Of a stretch of DNA of 32,000 nucleotides, positions 15,914-24,360 are shown one piece after another. The first letter of the stretch is position 1; every line of letters starts with the position of its first letter. The notes below the pieces were generated by a model. That model was given only the letters and a program-made list of their open reading frames with translations, was not told where the DNA came from and made no database searches. Source of the DNA: Mycolicibacterium smegmatis (GTDB lineage: Bacteria; Actinomycetota; Actinomycetes; Mycobacteriales; Mycobacteriaceae); NCBI RefSeq assembly GCF_001457595.1, contig NZ_LN831039.1, positions 4,920,001 to 4,952,000 on the forward strand, read 5' to 3'. The position numbers and the translations under genes are program-made.

Positions 15914-16527
15914 GTCAGCTCGATCTCGCGGGCCAACATCTCGGCGTATCCCTTGAATACGTCCTGCAGCGGCAGTGAGGGATCGAGTAACCATGAGGTC
16001 TCCATTCCGTTGACGAAGGCGAGAATTTCCACGGCCTTGATGACCGGGTCGAAGTCCGGGCGATAGCGGCCACTGTGCTGGCCGCGGCGAATGATGTCCG
16101 CGACGATGTCGCGCGCATCCTGCTGACGTTTCAGCAAACGATCGTGCAGTGGTGCATCCGGCTGGATGTTCTCCACCAGCAGCACCGTGAACGTACCGAC
16201 CAACTCGGGTGCCCGGACGAACCGTTCGGCCACCCGCTTGATCTCGTCGGCAAGGTCACCGGACCGGTCGGCGTGTGCATCGTCGTCGAGATCCCTGGCG
16301 TCGAGCACCGCGTTGAGGAGGTGCTCCTTGGATTCGAAATGATGCAGCAGACCGGCCGTGGTGACCCCGGCCTCCTTGGCGATCTGAGCGAGTGAGGTGT
16401 TGCGCCACCCGTTGCGGGCCAGCAGCCTCTCGGCGACCGAAAGGATGCGCTGCCTGCGGTCTTCGCCCTTGGCGAGCAGGGTCTCGTAGGGTCTGGCAGC
16501 CTCGGCCTGCCCCTGGGGTGGCGTCAC
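15910..16527 (-). CDS. TetR/AcrR family transcriptional regulator (TetR-B), 205 aa
   Basis: GTG start with GAAGGAG 5 nt upstream. The HTH region is RRQRILSVAERLLARNGWRNTSLAQIAKEAGVTTAGLLHHFESKEHLL. Confidence 0.85.
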   Translation of the reverse strand: MTPPQGQAEAARPYETLLAKGEDRRQRILSVAERLLARNGWRNTSLAQIAKEAGVTTAGLLHHFESKEHLLNAVLDARDLDDDAHADRSGDLADEIKRVAERFVRAPELVGTFTVLLVENIQPDAPLHDRLLKRQQDARDIVADIIRRGQHSGRYRPDFDPVIKAVEILAFVNGMETSWLLDPSLPLQDVFKGYAEMLAREIELT

Positions 16528-16541
16528 TGAACTCCTTCGTC

Positions 16542-16577
16542 CAAACCAACCTAGTGAACACACAGTAGGTTGGTTTG
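16542..16577. promoter_or_regulatory. Perfect 12-nt inverted repeat CAAACCAACCTA-N12-TAGGTTGGTTTG; candidate TetR-B operator and/or terminator of the upstream ACAD operon
   Basis: It is seen directly in the sequence and abuts the TetR-B ribosome-binding site. It lies about 67 nt downstream of the ACAD stop on the minus strand. A second 7-nt dyad, TGTGACA-N30-TGTCACA, is at 16583-16626. Confidence 0.5.
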
Positions 16578-16643
16578 CACGGTGTGACAAGGGTCTCAAC
16601 GGGAATAAATTCGGGCCTGTGTCACATAACGCACACCCGCAGG

Positions 16644-17792
16644 CTACAGGCCCAGCGACTTCGCGATGATGACTTTCATGACCTCGCTGGTACCCGCGTA
16701 GATCCGGGCGACGCGGGCGTCGGTGTACAGCCTGGCGATGGGGTACTCCATCATGTAGCCGTACCCGCCGAACAACTGCAGGCAACGATCGACCACGCGC
16801 GCCTGCATCTCGGTGCAGAACAGTTTGACGCGCGCCGCGTCGGCCCCCGACAGCTCGCCGTCGACGTGCAGCGCCACCGCGCGGTCGAGCATGGCCTGGG
16901 CTGCCTCGACCTCCGCCGAACACGCCGCCAGCTCGAACTTGGTGTTCTGGAAGGACGCCACGGGTGTGCCGAATGCCTTGCGGGTCTTGGTGTAATCGAT
17001 CGCCGCGTCGATCGCCGAGCGGGCCTGGGCCACCGAACCGACGGCGACCGTGAGGCGCTCCTGGGCCAGGTTGTGGCCGAGGTAGCTGAACGCCTCGCCC
17101 TCCTCCCCCAGCACGTTGGCCACCGGCACCCGCACGTCGGTGAACGACAGCTCCGCGGTGTCCTGCACCTTGCAGCCCATCTTCTCCAGTTCACGGCCGC
17201 GGCTGAAGCCCGCCATGCCGTCCTCGACCACCAGCAGCGTCAGCCCCTTTCGGCGGTTATCCGGATCGGTCGACGTACGGGCCACCACGACAACCAGATC
17301 CGCCTGGATACCACCGGTGATGAAGGTCTTGGCGCCGTTGAGGACGTAGTGGTCCCCGTCCCGCACCGCGGTGGTGCGCACGCCCGCGAGATCCGATCCG
17401 GTCCCCGGCTCGGTCATCGCGATCGCGGTCAGCAGTGTGCCCGCCGCCAGACCGGGGAACCACCGCTGCCGCTGCTCGGTGTTGGCGTAGTGCAGGAAGT
17501 ACGGCAGGATCACCTCGAGCTGGGTGCGGACCGTGGACAGCGTGACCAGGGCCCTGGCGGCCTCCTCCTGAAGCACGACGTTGTAGCGGTAGTCGGGAAT
17601 GCCTGCGCCGCCGTACTCCTCGGGGATGGCCATGCCGAGCATGCCCAGTTCACCCATCTGCTTGAACACGTCGCGCGGCATGCGTCCGGCCTTCTCCCAT
17701 TCGGGATAGGCCGGGACGACTTCCTTCTCGATGAAATCCCGCGCCAGCGTGCGGAATGCCTCGTGATCCTCGGTGAACAGATTCCGCTGCAT
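16644..17792 (-). CDS. Acyl-CoA dehydrogenase, 382 aa
   Basis: It has MTEPGTGSDLAG, NGAKTFITGG and a C-terminal IYAGTSEVMK. AGGAGG lies upstream of the ATG. Confidence 0.93.
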   Translation of the reverse strand: MQRNLFTEDHEAFRTLARDFIEKEVVPAYPEWEKAGRMPRDVFKQMGELGMLGMAIPEEYGGAGIPDYRYNVVLQEEAARALVTLSTVRTQLEVILPYFLHYANTEQRQRWFPGLAAGTLLTAIAMTEPGTGSDLAGVRTTAVRDGDHYVLNGAKTFITGGIQADLVVVVARTSTDPDNRRKGLTLLVVEDGMAGFSRGRELEKMGCKVQDTAELSFTDVRVPVANVLGEEGEAFSYLGHNLAQERLTVAVGSVAQARSAIDAAIDYTKTRKAFGTPVASFQNTKFELAACSAEVEAAQAMLDRAVALHVDGELSGADAARVKLFCTEMQARVVDRCLQLFGGYGYMMEYPIARLYTDARVARIYAGTSEVMKVIIAKSLGL

Positions 17793-17804
17793 CAGCCGGC
17801 CCTC

Positions 17805-18953
17805 CTAGCCGAGAAGTTCGACGATCGTGGCGTTGGCGGTGCCACCGCCCTCGCACATGGTCTGTAAGCCGTACTGAATCCCGTTGTCGCGCATGTGGTT
17901 GATCATGCGGGTCAGCAGCACCGCGCCGGATGCGCCCAACGGGTGCCCGAGCGCGATGGCGCCGCCGAGCGGGTTGAGCTTGGCCGGGTCGGCGCCGGTC
18001 TCGGCCTGCCATGCCAGCGGCACGGGCGCGAACGCCTCGTTGACCTCGAAGACGCCGATCTCGTCGAGCCGGACCCCGGCCTTGTGCAGCACCTTCTCGG
18101 TGGCCGGGATGGGGCCGGTGAGCATGAGCACCGGGTCGGCGCCCGCGACCGCGCCCGCGCGGTACCGCACGATGGGTGAAAGACCCATCGCGACGGCATT
18201 TTCCGCGGTCATCACCAGCAGGGCGGCCGCGCCGTCGGAGATCTGTGACGAATTGCCCGCGTGGATGACGCCGTCGTCTTTGAACGCGGGCTTGAGGTTG
18301 GCGAGTTTGTCGACCGTGGTCCCCCGGCGCACGCCCTCGTCGGCGACCACGGGGTCGCCGTCGTCGGGGAACACCGTGATCATCTGGGTCTCGAAGGCGC
18401 CGCTGTCCTGCGCGGCCGCGGCGCGTTCGTGCGACGCCACCGAGTATTCGTCGAGTTGCGTGCGGGTGAAGCCCCACTTCTGCGCGATCATCTCGGCCGA
18501 GATGCCCTGGTTGAACGAGAAGTCGCGATACCGGTCGATCACCTTGGGCCCGTATGGCATCCCGGTGGCGCGGGCGGCGCCGAGCGGTACGCGGCTCATC
18601 ACCTCGACACCACCGGCGACCACGACGTCCTGCTGGCCCGACATCACGGCCTGCACCGCGAAGTCCAGCGCCTGCTGGCTCGATCCGCAGGCCCGGTTGA
18701 CGGTGGTTCCGGGTATGTGTTCGGGCCACCCCGCGGCCAGCACCGCGAACCGGCCGATGTTGCTCGACTGGTCGCCCACCTGCGATACGCAGCCCCAGAT
18801 GACGTCGTCGATGATGTCGGGGCCGATGCCGGCCTTCTCCACGAGCGCATTGAGGACCAGTCCCGACAGATCGGCGGCATGCATGCCGGACAGGCCGCCG
18901 TTGCGCTTGCCGACGGGCGTGCGCACGGCTTCGACGATGACGGTTTCACGCAT
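17805..18953 (-). CDS. Acetyl-CoA C-acyltransferase (thiolase), 382 aa
   Basis: MRETVIVEAVRTPVGK. It has the nucleophile loop VNRACGSSQQA, GHPLGASGA and CEGGGTANA. The ATG lies 8 nt inside the upstream CoA-transferase gene. Confidence 0.93.
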   Translation of the reverse strand: MRETVIVEAVRTPVGKRNGGLSGMHAADLSGLVLNALVEKAGIGPDIIDDVIWGCVSQVGDQSSNIGRFAVLAAGWPEHIPGTTVNRACGSSQQALDFAVQAVMSGQQDVVVAGGVEVMSRVPLGAARATGMPYGPKVIDRYRDFSFNQGISAEMIAQKWGFTRTQLDEYSVASHERAAAAQDSGAFETQMITVFPDDGDPVVADEGVRRGTTVDKLANLKPAFKDDGVIHAGNSSQISDGAAALLVMTAENAVAMGLSPIVRYRAGAVAGADPVLMLTGPIPATEKVLHKAGVRLDEIGVFEVNEAFAPVPLAWQAETGADPAKLNPLGGAIALGHPLGASGAVLLTRMINHMRDNGIQYGLQTMCEGGGTANATIVELLG

Positions 18954-20214
18954 GGGACTGCTCCGATCTTGTTTGCATCGCGGGGCCGACCGCGCCCTGT
19001 TCGCGCAGCGAGGCGATCTCCTCGGCGGACAGGCCGATGTCGGCCAGGATGTGATCAGTGTGCTCGCCCAGGCCGGGTACCGCACCCATCGGCATCTCGT
19101 AGCCGGCGATCACGGGCGGCGGCAGCAGCGCGGCGATCTCGCCCTTGGGCGTGGCGACCTGGCGCCAGCGGTCACGGTCCTTGAGGTGCTGGTGTGCGAT
19201 GACCTCGCTGGGCCGGTTGAACCGCGAGTTGCCGATGCCCGCCTCGTCGGCGATCTGCTGGATCTCGGCGAGATCGTGCTGCGCGCACCAGGTTCCGATG
19301 GCCTCGTTGAGCACGTCGCGGTGCGCGCAGCGGTCGGAGTTGGTGGCGAAACGCGGATCGTCGGCGAGATCGGGGCGGTCGATGATCTCGCGTGCCAGCC
19401 GCTGCCACTCCCGGTCGTTGGTGGTGCCGAGGACGACGGTCTGATCGTCCCGCGTGCTGAACGCGCCGTACGGAGCGACAGCCGGCGAGCTCATGCCCAG
19501 CGGCTGCTGGTCGACGCCCGAGTGCTGCGTGTAGGTCAGTGGGTAGCCCATGATGTCGGTCATGGTGTCGAACAGGCTGACCGCGACCGCGGGCGCGGCG
19601 CCGTTCTCCGGCCGGCGCAGCCTCCCGATGAGCAGCGCCATGATCGAAAGCGCGGCATACAGGCCCGTGGAGATGTCGGCGACCGGCGGCCCCGGCTTGG
19701 CAGGCATGTCCGGGTGGCCCGTGACGGCGCACGCGCCGGACTCGGCCTGCACCAGCAGGTCGTACGCCCGTTTGTGGGACAGCGGTCCCCCGCTGCCGTA
19801 TCCGTCGATCTCGACCGGGATCACCTGCGGGTGTCGCTCGGCGAGATCGGCCGGTGCCAGGCCCATACGGGCCATCGCGCCCGGCGCGAGGTTGGACACC
19901 AGGGCATCGGCGGTGTCCAGCAGCTTGTGCAGCACGTCCATGCCGCCGGGGGTCTTGAGGTCCAGCGTGATGGACTCCTTGCCGCGGTTGGCCCAAACGA
20001 AGTGCGCGGCAAGGCCGCCGGGCCCGAGGACCACGTCGTCGTAGTCACGCGCGAAGTCCCCGCCCTTGGGGTTCTCCACCTTGATCACGCGCGCACCGAA
20101 GTCGGCGAGCACACGGGTGCACATGGGCGCCGACACCGCCTGTTCGAGCGCGACGACCGTGAACCCGGCGAGTGGCCCCGACTTCTCCGGGGTGTCCTTC
20201 GGCATACCCGTCAC
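18946..20214 (-). CDS. Family III (CaiB/BaiF) CoA-transferase, 422 aa
   Basis: It has LAGFTVVALEQAVSAPMCTRVLADFGARVIKVE and AYDLLVQAESG. The GTG start overlaps the SDR stop (GTGA); an alternative ATG is at 20205. Confidence 0.9.
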   Translation of the reverse strand: MTGMPKDTPEKSGPLAGFTVVALEQAVSAPMCTRVLADFGARVIKVENPKGGDFARDYDDVVLGPGGLAAHFVWANRGKESITLDLKTPGGMDVLHKLLDTADALVSNLAPGAMARMGLAPADLAERHPQVIPVEIDGYGSGGPLSHKRAYDLLVQAESGACAVTGHPDMPAKPGPPVADISTGLYAALSIMALLIGRLRRPENGAAPAVAVSLFDTMTDIMGYPLTYTQHSGVDQQPLGMSSPAVAPYGAFSTRDDQTVVLGTTNDREWQRLAREIIDRPDLADDPRFATNSDRCAHRDVLNEAIGTWCAQHDLAEIQQIADEAGIGNSRFNRPSEVIAHQHLKDRDRWRQVATPKGEIAALLPPPVIAGYEMPMGAVPGLGEHTDHILADIGLSAEEIASLREQGAVGPAMQTRSEQSHA

Positions 20215-20969
20215 ATAACCATGCCGCCGTCGACCGGCAGTACCTGGCCGGTGATGTACGACGCGGCATCCGACGCCAGGAACACGAACGCCCCGGCCAC
20301 CTCCTCGGCGTCGGCCCAGCGCTTGAGCAGGATGCGGTTCATCATGTTGGCCGCGAACTTCTCGTTGGTGCGGATGGTCTCGGTCATGGGTGTCGCGGCC
20401 AGCGGCGCCAGCGCGTTGACCATGATGTTCCTGGGCGCCAGTTCACGTGCGAGCGATTTGGTGAAGCCGATGAGGCCGGCCTTGGCCGCCGAGTAGTTGA
20501 CCTGCCCCAGCGTGCCGGTGATGCCCGCCGACGACGTGACGTTGATGATGCGCCCGGTGCCGTCGGTGGCCAGGTGCGGCAGCGCGGACTGCGTGACGTG
20601 GAACGAGCCCATGACGTGGACGTCGAACGTCCGCCGGAACGTCTCGTCGGTGAGTTTGGGGAACATCGCCGGTGCGGTGACGCCTGCGTTGTTCACCAGG
20701 ATGTGCAGCGTGCCCTGCCCCAGGGCGGCGGCGCGTTCGGCGGCCGCGACCGCGGCGTCGCGGTCGCCGACGTCGAGCGCTGCGCTGTCGGCCTTGCCGC
20801 CTGCGGCATTTATCCGCTCGGCCACGGTGCGGGCGGCCTCACCGTCGATGTCGGTCACGAGCACCGCCGCACCCGCGGCGGCCAGGGCCTCGGACACCGC
20901 GGCGCCGATGCCGCAACCGGCACCGGTCACCAGCGCCGAACGTCCGGTGAGGTCGAAATAGGTTCTCAT
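20211..20969 (-). CDS. Short-chain dehydrogenase/reductase (FabG / 3-hydroxyacyl-CoA dehydrogenase-like), 252 aa
   Basis: It has TGAGCGIG, NNAG and the Ser...YSAAK catalytic motifs. GAGGAG lies upstream. Confidence 0.93.
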   Translation of the reverse strand: MRTYFDLTGRSALVTGAGCGIGAAVSEALAAAGAAVLVTDIDGEAARTVAERINAAGGKADSAALDVGDRDAAVAAAERAAALGQGTLHILVNNAGVTAPAMFPKLTDETFRRTFDVHVMGSFHVTQSALPHLATDGTGRIINVTSSAGITGTLGQVNYSAAKAGLIGFTKSLARELAPRNIMVNALAPLAATPMTETIRTNEKFAANMMNRILLKRWADAEEVAGAFVFLASDAASYITGQVLPVDGGMVM

Positions 20970-20985
20970 CGAAGCGAAGATCTCC

Positions 20986-22194
20986 TCAGTAGCTCTTGGG
21001 CAGACCCAGCACGTTGGCGCCGAGGAAGTTCAGGATCATCTCCTGGCTCACGGGCGCGATCTTCATGAGACGCGACTCCCGGAAGAACCGTGAGATGTTG
21101 TACTCCTCGGAATAGCCCATCCCGCCATGGGTCTGCAGAGCACGGTCGGCCGCGGCGAATCCCGCGTCGGCGCACAGGTATTTGGCCATGTTCGCCTCAC
21201 GCCCGCACGGTTTGCCGTTGTCGTAGAGCCACGTGGCCTTGCGCAGGACGAGTTCGGCGGCGTCGAGGCGCGCGAGCGAATCGGCAAGGGGGAACTGAAT
21301 TCCCTGGTTCATGCCGATGGGACGGTCGAACACGACACGATCGTTGGCGTACTTCACCGCACGGTCGAGCGCGACCCGGCCGATACCGAGTGCCTCGGCC
21401 GCGATCAGCATGCGCTCGGGGTTGAGTCCGTGCAGGATGTAGCCGAACCCCTTGCCCTCCTCGCCGATCCGGTGTTCGACAGGAACCCGCAGATCGTCGA
21501 TGAACAACTCGTTGGAGCTCACGGCGTTGCGGCCCATCTTGTTGATGGGCCGGATGTCGACGTGGTCGCGGTCGAGATCGGTGAGGAACAGCGACAACCC
21601 TTCGGTGGGCTTGCCGCCCCGCTTCTCGACGTCCTCGCGGCTCTCGGTGCGCGTCAGCAGCAGGATCTTCTCGGATTCGAGGGCCTTGGAGATCCACACC
21701 TTGCGGCCGTTGATCACATAATCCGCGTCGGGGTGGTCGCCGTCACGCCGCGCGAACGTGGTGATACGTGAGGTGTCCAGGCCGGCACCGGGTTCGGTGA
21801 CGCCGAAGCACACGTGCAGATCACCGTCGACGATCCGCGGCAGGGTCTCGGCCTTCATCTCGTCGGACCCGTAGACCACCACCGGTTGCATGCCGAAGAT
21901 CGACATGTGGATCGCGCTCGCGGCGTTCATGCCACCTCCGGACCGTGCCACCTCCTCGGCGAGAATCGTCGCCTCGGTGATGCCGAGACCGTGCCCGCCG
22001 TACTGCTCGGGGATGGTCATCCCGAGCCAGCCGCCGCCGGCGATGGCGTCGTAGAACTCCTGTGGGAACTCGTGCGCCTGATCCTTCGTCATCCAGTAGT
22101 GGTCGTCGAACTTGGCCGCCAGTTCCGCAACGGAACTGCGGATCAGTTGCTGATCCTCGGTGAGCTCGAAGTTCATCCCGCCCGACACGTACAT
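20986..22194 (-). CDS. Acyl-CoA dehydrogenase, about 396-402 aa
   Basis: It has MNFELTEDQQLIR..., GVTEPGAGLDTS and NGRKVWISKA. The start is ambiguous (ATG 22194 with AGGAG only 3 nt away, GTG 22188, ATG 22176). The listed 862-aa ORF is an out-of-frame read-through of the upstream gene. Confidence 0.87.
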   Translation of the reverse strand: MYVSGGMNFELTEDQQLIRSSVAELAAKFDDHYWMTKDQAHEFPQEFYDAIAGGGWLGMTIPEQYGGHGLGITEATILAEEVARSGGGMNAASAIHMSIFGMQPVVVYGSDEMKAETLPRIVDGDLHVCFGVTEPGAGLDTSRITTFARRDGDHPDADYVINGRKVWISKALESEKILLLTRTESREDVEKRGGKPTEGLSLFLTDLDRDHVDIRPINKMGRNAVSSNELFIDDLRVPVEHRIGEEGKGFGYILHGLNPERMLIAAEALGIGRVALDRAVKYANDRVVFDRPIGMNQGIQFPLADSLARLDAAELVLRKATWLYDNGKPCGREANMAKYLCADAGFAAADRALQTHGGMGYSEEYNISRFFRESRLMKIAPVSQEMILNFLGANVLGLPKSY

Positions 22195-22217
22195 GTGCTC
22201 CTGGTTCTCTTGTCGAT

Positions 22218-23513
22218 TCAGTCCCGTGCGCCCGAGACCGCTTTGGCGTTGGTCTGGAAGTCGGCGAAGCTGGCGCCGGTCTTGTCCTTCTTGCTGAGCG
22301 CCCGGATCGAGACGTCGTGGCCCTCGGCGGCTTTGCGCAGCGCACCGACGTTGGCCTGCTCCTTGGGCACGTGGGCGAACGGGTCGAAGTGGTAGAGCCG
22401 CATGGCGTTCTCGTGGGTGATCTTGTTGATCTCGTCGTCGGGCACGTCGTAGGTGTCGAACACCGCCGACAGTTCCTCGGGCGCGCCCGGCCACATGGAA
22501 TCGCTGTGCGGGTAGTCCATTTCCCAGCAGATGTTGTCGATGCCGATCATGTGGCGGTTCTTCACCCCGACCGGGTCGGAGATGAAGCACGTCATGAAGT
22601 GCTCGCGGAACACCTCGCTGGGCAGCTTGCCGCCGAAGTTCTGGTGGGTCCACGTCGAGTGCATCTCGAAGGTGCGGTCCACGCGGTCCAGGAAGTACGG
22701 GATCCACCCGGTGCCGCCCTCGGACAGTGCGATCTTCAGCGTCGGGAACTCCTTGATGGGCGCCGACCACAGCAGGTCGGCCGCGGCCTGCACGATGTTC
22801 ATGGGCTGCAGCGTGATCATGACGTCCATCGGCGCGTCGGGTGCGGTGATCGCCAGCTTGCCCGACGACCCGATGTGCACGTTCATCACGGTCTCGGTGT
22901 CCACGAGCGCCTGCCACAACGGGCGCCAGTACTCCAGGTCGTGGAACGACGGATAACCCAGCGTCGAGGGATTCTCGGTGAAAGTCAGTGAGTGCACACC
23001 TTTTTCGGCCACCCGGCGCACCTCGGCGGCGGCCAATCCAGGATTCCAGATCGCCGGGATCGCCATCGGGATGAACCGGCCCGGATTCGAGGCGCACCAC
23101 TCGTCGATGTGCCAGTCGTTGTACGCCTGGACCAGGGCCAGCGAGAACTCCTCGTCGTCGGTGGCGAACAGGCGCGCGGCGAAACCGGGGAACGACGGGA
23201 AGTTCATGGTCGCCAGCACGCCACCGGCGTTCATGTCCTTGACCCGCTCGTTCGGGTCGTAGCAGCCCTTGCGGATCTCGTCGAGGCCCTGCGGTTCGAG
23301 GCCGTACTCCTCCTTCGGCCGGCCCGCGACGGCGTTGAGCGCGACGTTGGGGATCACGGTGTCGCGGAACTGCCAGGTATCCGAGCCGTCGGGGTTGTGT
23401 ACCAACCGCGGTGCCTCGTCGCGGTACTTGGCGGGCAGATGATTCTTGAACATGTCCGGTGGCTCGATGATGTGGTCGTCCACGCTGATGAGGATCATGT
23501 CGTCTTTGTTCAT
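22218..23513 (-). CDS. Amidohydrolase_2 (ACMSD/PF04909-like) metal-dependent hydrolase family protein, 431 aa
   Basis: GGAG lies 7 nt before ATG 23513. It has MNKDDMILISVDDHIIEPPDMF, VQAYNDWHIDEW, and the MNVHIGSS, EGGTGW and MDYPHSD motifs. Confidence 0.87.
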   Translation of the reverse strand: MNKDDMILISVDDHIIEPPDMFKNHLPAKYRDEAPRLVHNPDGSDTWQFRDTVIPNVALNAVAGRPKEEYGLEPQGLDEIRKGCYDPNERVKDMNAGGVLATMNFPSFPGFAARLFATDDEEFSLALVQAYNDWHIDEWCASNPGRFIPMAIPAIWNPGLAAAEVRRVAEKGVHSLTFTENPSTLGYPSFHDLEYWRPLWQALVDTETVMNVHIGSSGKLAITAPDAPMDVMITLQPMNIVQAAADLLWSAPIKEFPTLKIALSEGGTGWIPYFLDRVDRTFEMHSTWTHQNFGGKLPSEVFREHFMTCFISDPVGVKNRHMIGIDNICWEMDYPHSDSMWPGAPEELSAVFDTYDVPDDEINKITHENAMRLYHFDPFAHVPKEQANVGALRKAAEGHDVSIRALSKKDKTGASFADFQTNAKAVSGARD

Positions 23514-23700
23514 GACTGCTCTCCGTTCCGGCGAAGGGTTGCGGACTTCGACCATGCGGCACGGCGCACCGCACACGCTTCTCTCTGTCAGGAAACTATC
23601 TTCTCCATAGACGAGAATCAATGTCTGATGTCGCTGACGAGCATCTTCAGCCTGGTCACGCGCACACGCGAGCAGTTGCCATTGACCATCGGCCGAAAAG

Positions 23701-23740
23701 ATGGAAACCTGTTAGTCGTAAATGAGAACCTGATTCTCAT
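23701..23740. promoter_or_regulatory. Tandem operator-like sites: degenerate ATGGAAACCTGTTAGTCGT followed by the dyad ATGAGAA-CCTGA-TTCTCAT
   Basis: The 7-nt perfect arms are at 23722-23740. The adjacent 19-mer at 23701-23719 is 13/19 identical to it. An everted TTCTC-N7-GAGAA lies at 23601-23617. All are in the 281-nt divergent gap between the amidohydrolase operon and the CMD/Rieske operon. Confidence 0.5.
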
Positions 23741-23794
23741 GGACGAGAGTTGAAGCTGACAGCAGCAGCGTGAGCGCCGAGAGGAGAGCCGTCC

Positions 23795-24325
23795 GTGCGC
23801 CTGACCCCATTGCCCGCCGACGAGTGGGACGACGAGGTACGACTGGCGCTGTCGGTGATGCTGCCCGAGGAGCGACTGAACCCCGAGGGCGCGGGCACCG
23901 CGTTGTCCACGCTGGCCCGCCATCCGCGGCTCACCAAGGCGTTCCTGCGGTTCAGCAACCACCTGCTGTTCCGCTCCACCCTCGACCCACGCCTGCGCGA
24001 GCTCGCGATCCTGCGTATCGCGCGCAGGCGCAACTGCGAGTACGAGTGGGCCCACCACGCGTTCATCGGCAAGGCCGAGGGCCTCACCGACGACGACATC
24101 GACGGCATCGGCCGTGGCGTGGTGTCCGACCCCTTCGACCAGGTCGTGATCGACGCCGTCGACGAACTCGACGAACTGTCCACGATCTCGGACCCCACGT
24201 GGGCCGCGCTCGGCGAGAAACTCGACGACCGCCAGCGCATGGACCTGGTCTTCACCGTCGGCGGCTACGGCCTCATGGCCATGGCCTACAACACCTTTGG
24301 CATCGAACCGGAATCCGGCCACTGA
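23795..24325 (+). CDS. Carboxymuconolactone decarboxylase (AhpD-like) family protein, 176 aa
   Basis: GTG start with GAGAGGAGAG upstream. It has the core RRNCEYEWAHH. Confidence 0.78.
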   Translation: MRLTPLPADEWDDEVRLALSVMLPEERLNPEGAGTALSTLARHPRLTKAFLRFSNHLLFRSTLDPRLRELAILRIARRRNCEYEWAHHAFIGKAEGLTDDDIDGIGRGVVSDPFDQVVIDAVDELDELSTISDPTWAALGEKLDDRQRMDLVFTVGGYGLMAMAYNTFGIEPESGH

Positions 24326-24360
24326 GCCCTGAACGGCTCGACAGAGAAAGTAGGTAGAAA

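Noticed and set aside
20986-23574. 862-aa ORF that would fuse a long N-terminal extension to the acyl-CoA dehydrogenase
   Set aside because: The first ~460 codons are an alternative frame across the amidohydrolase_2 gene and have an Arg/Pro/Gly-rich composition. The ACAD domain begins at MNFELTEDQ, and an SD lies just upstream of 22194.
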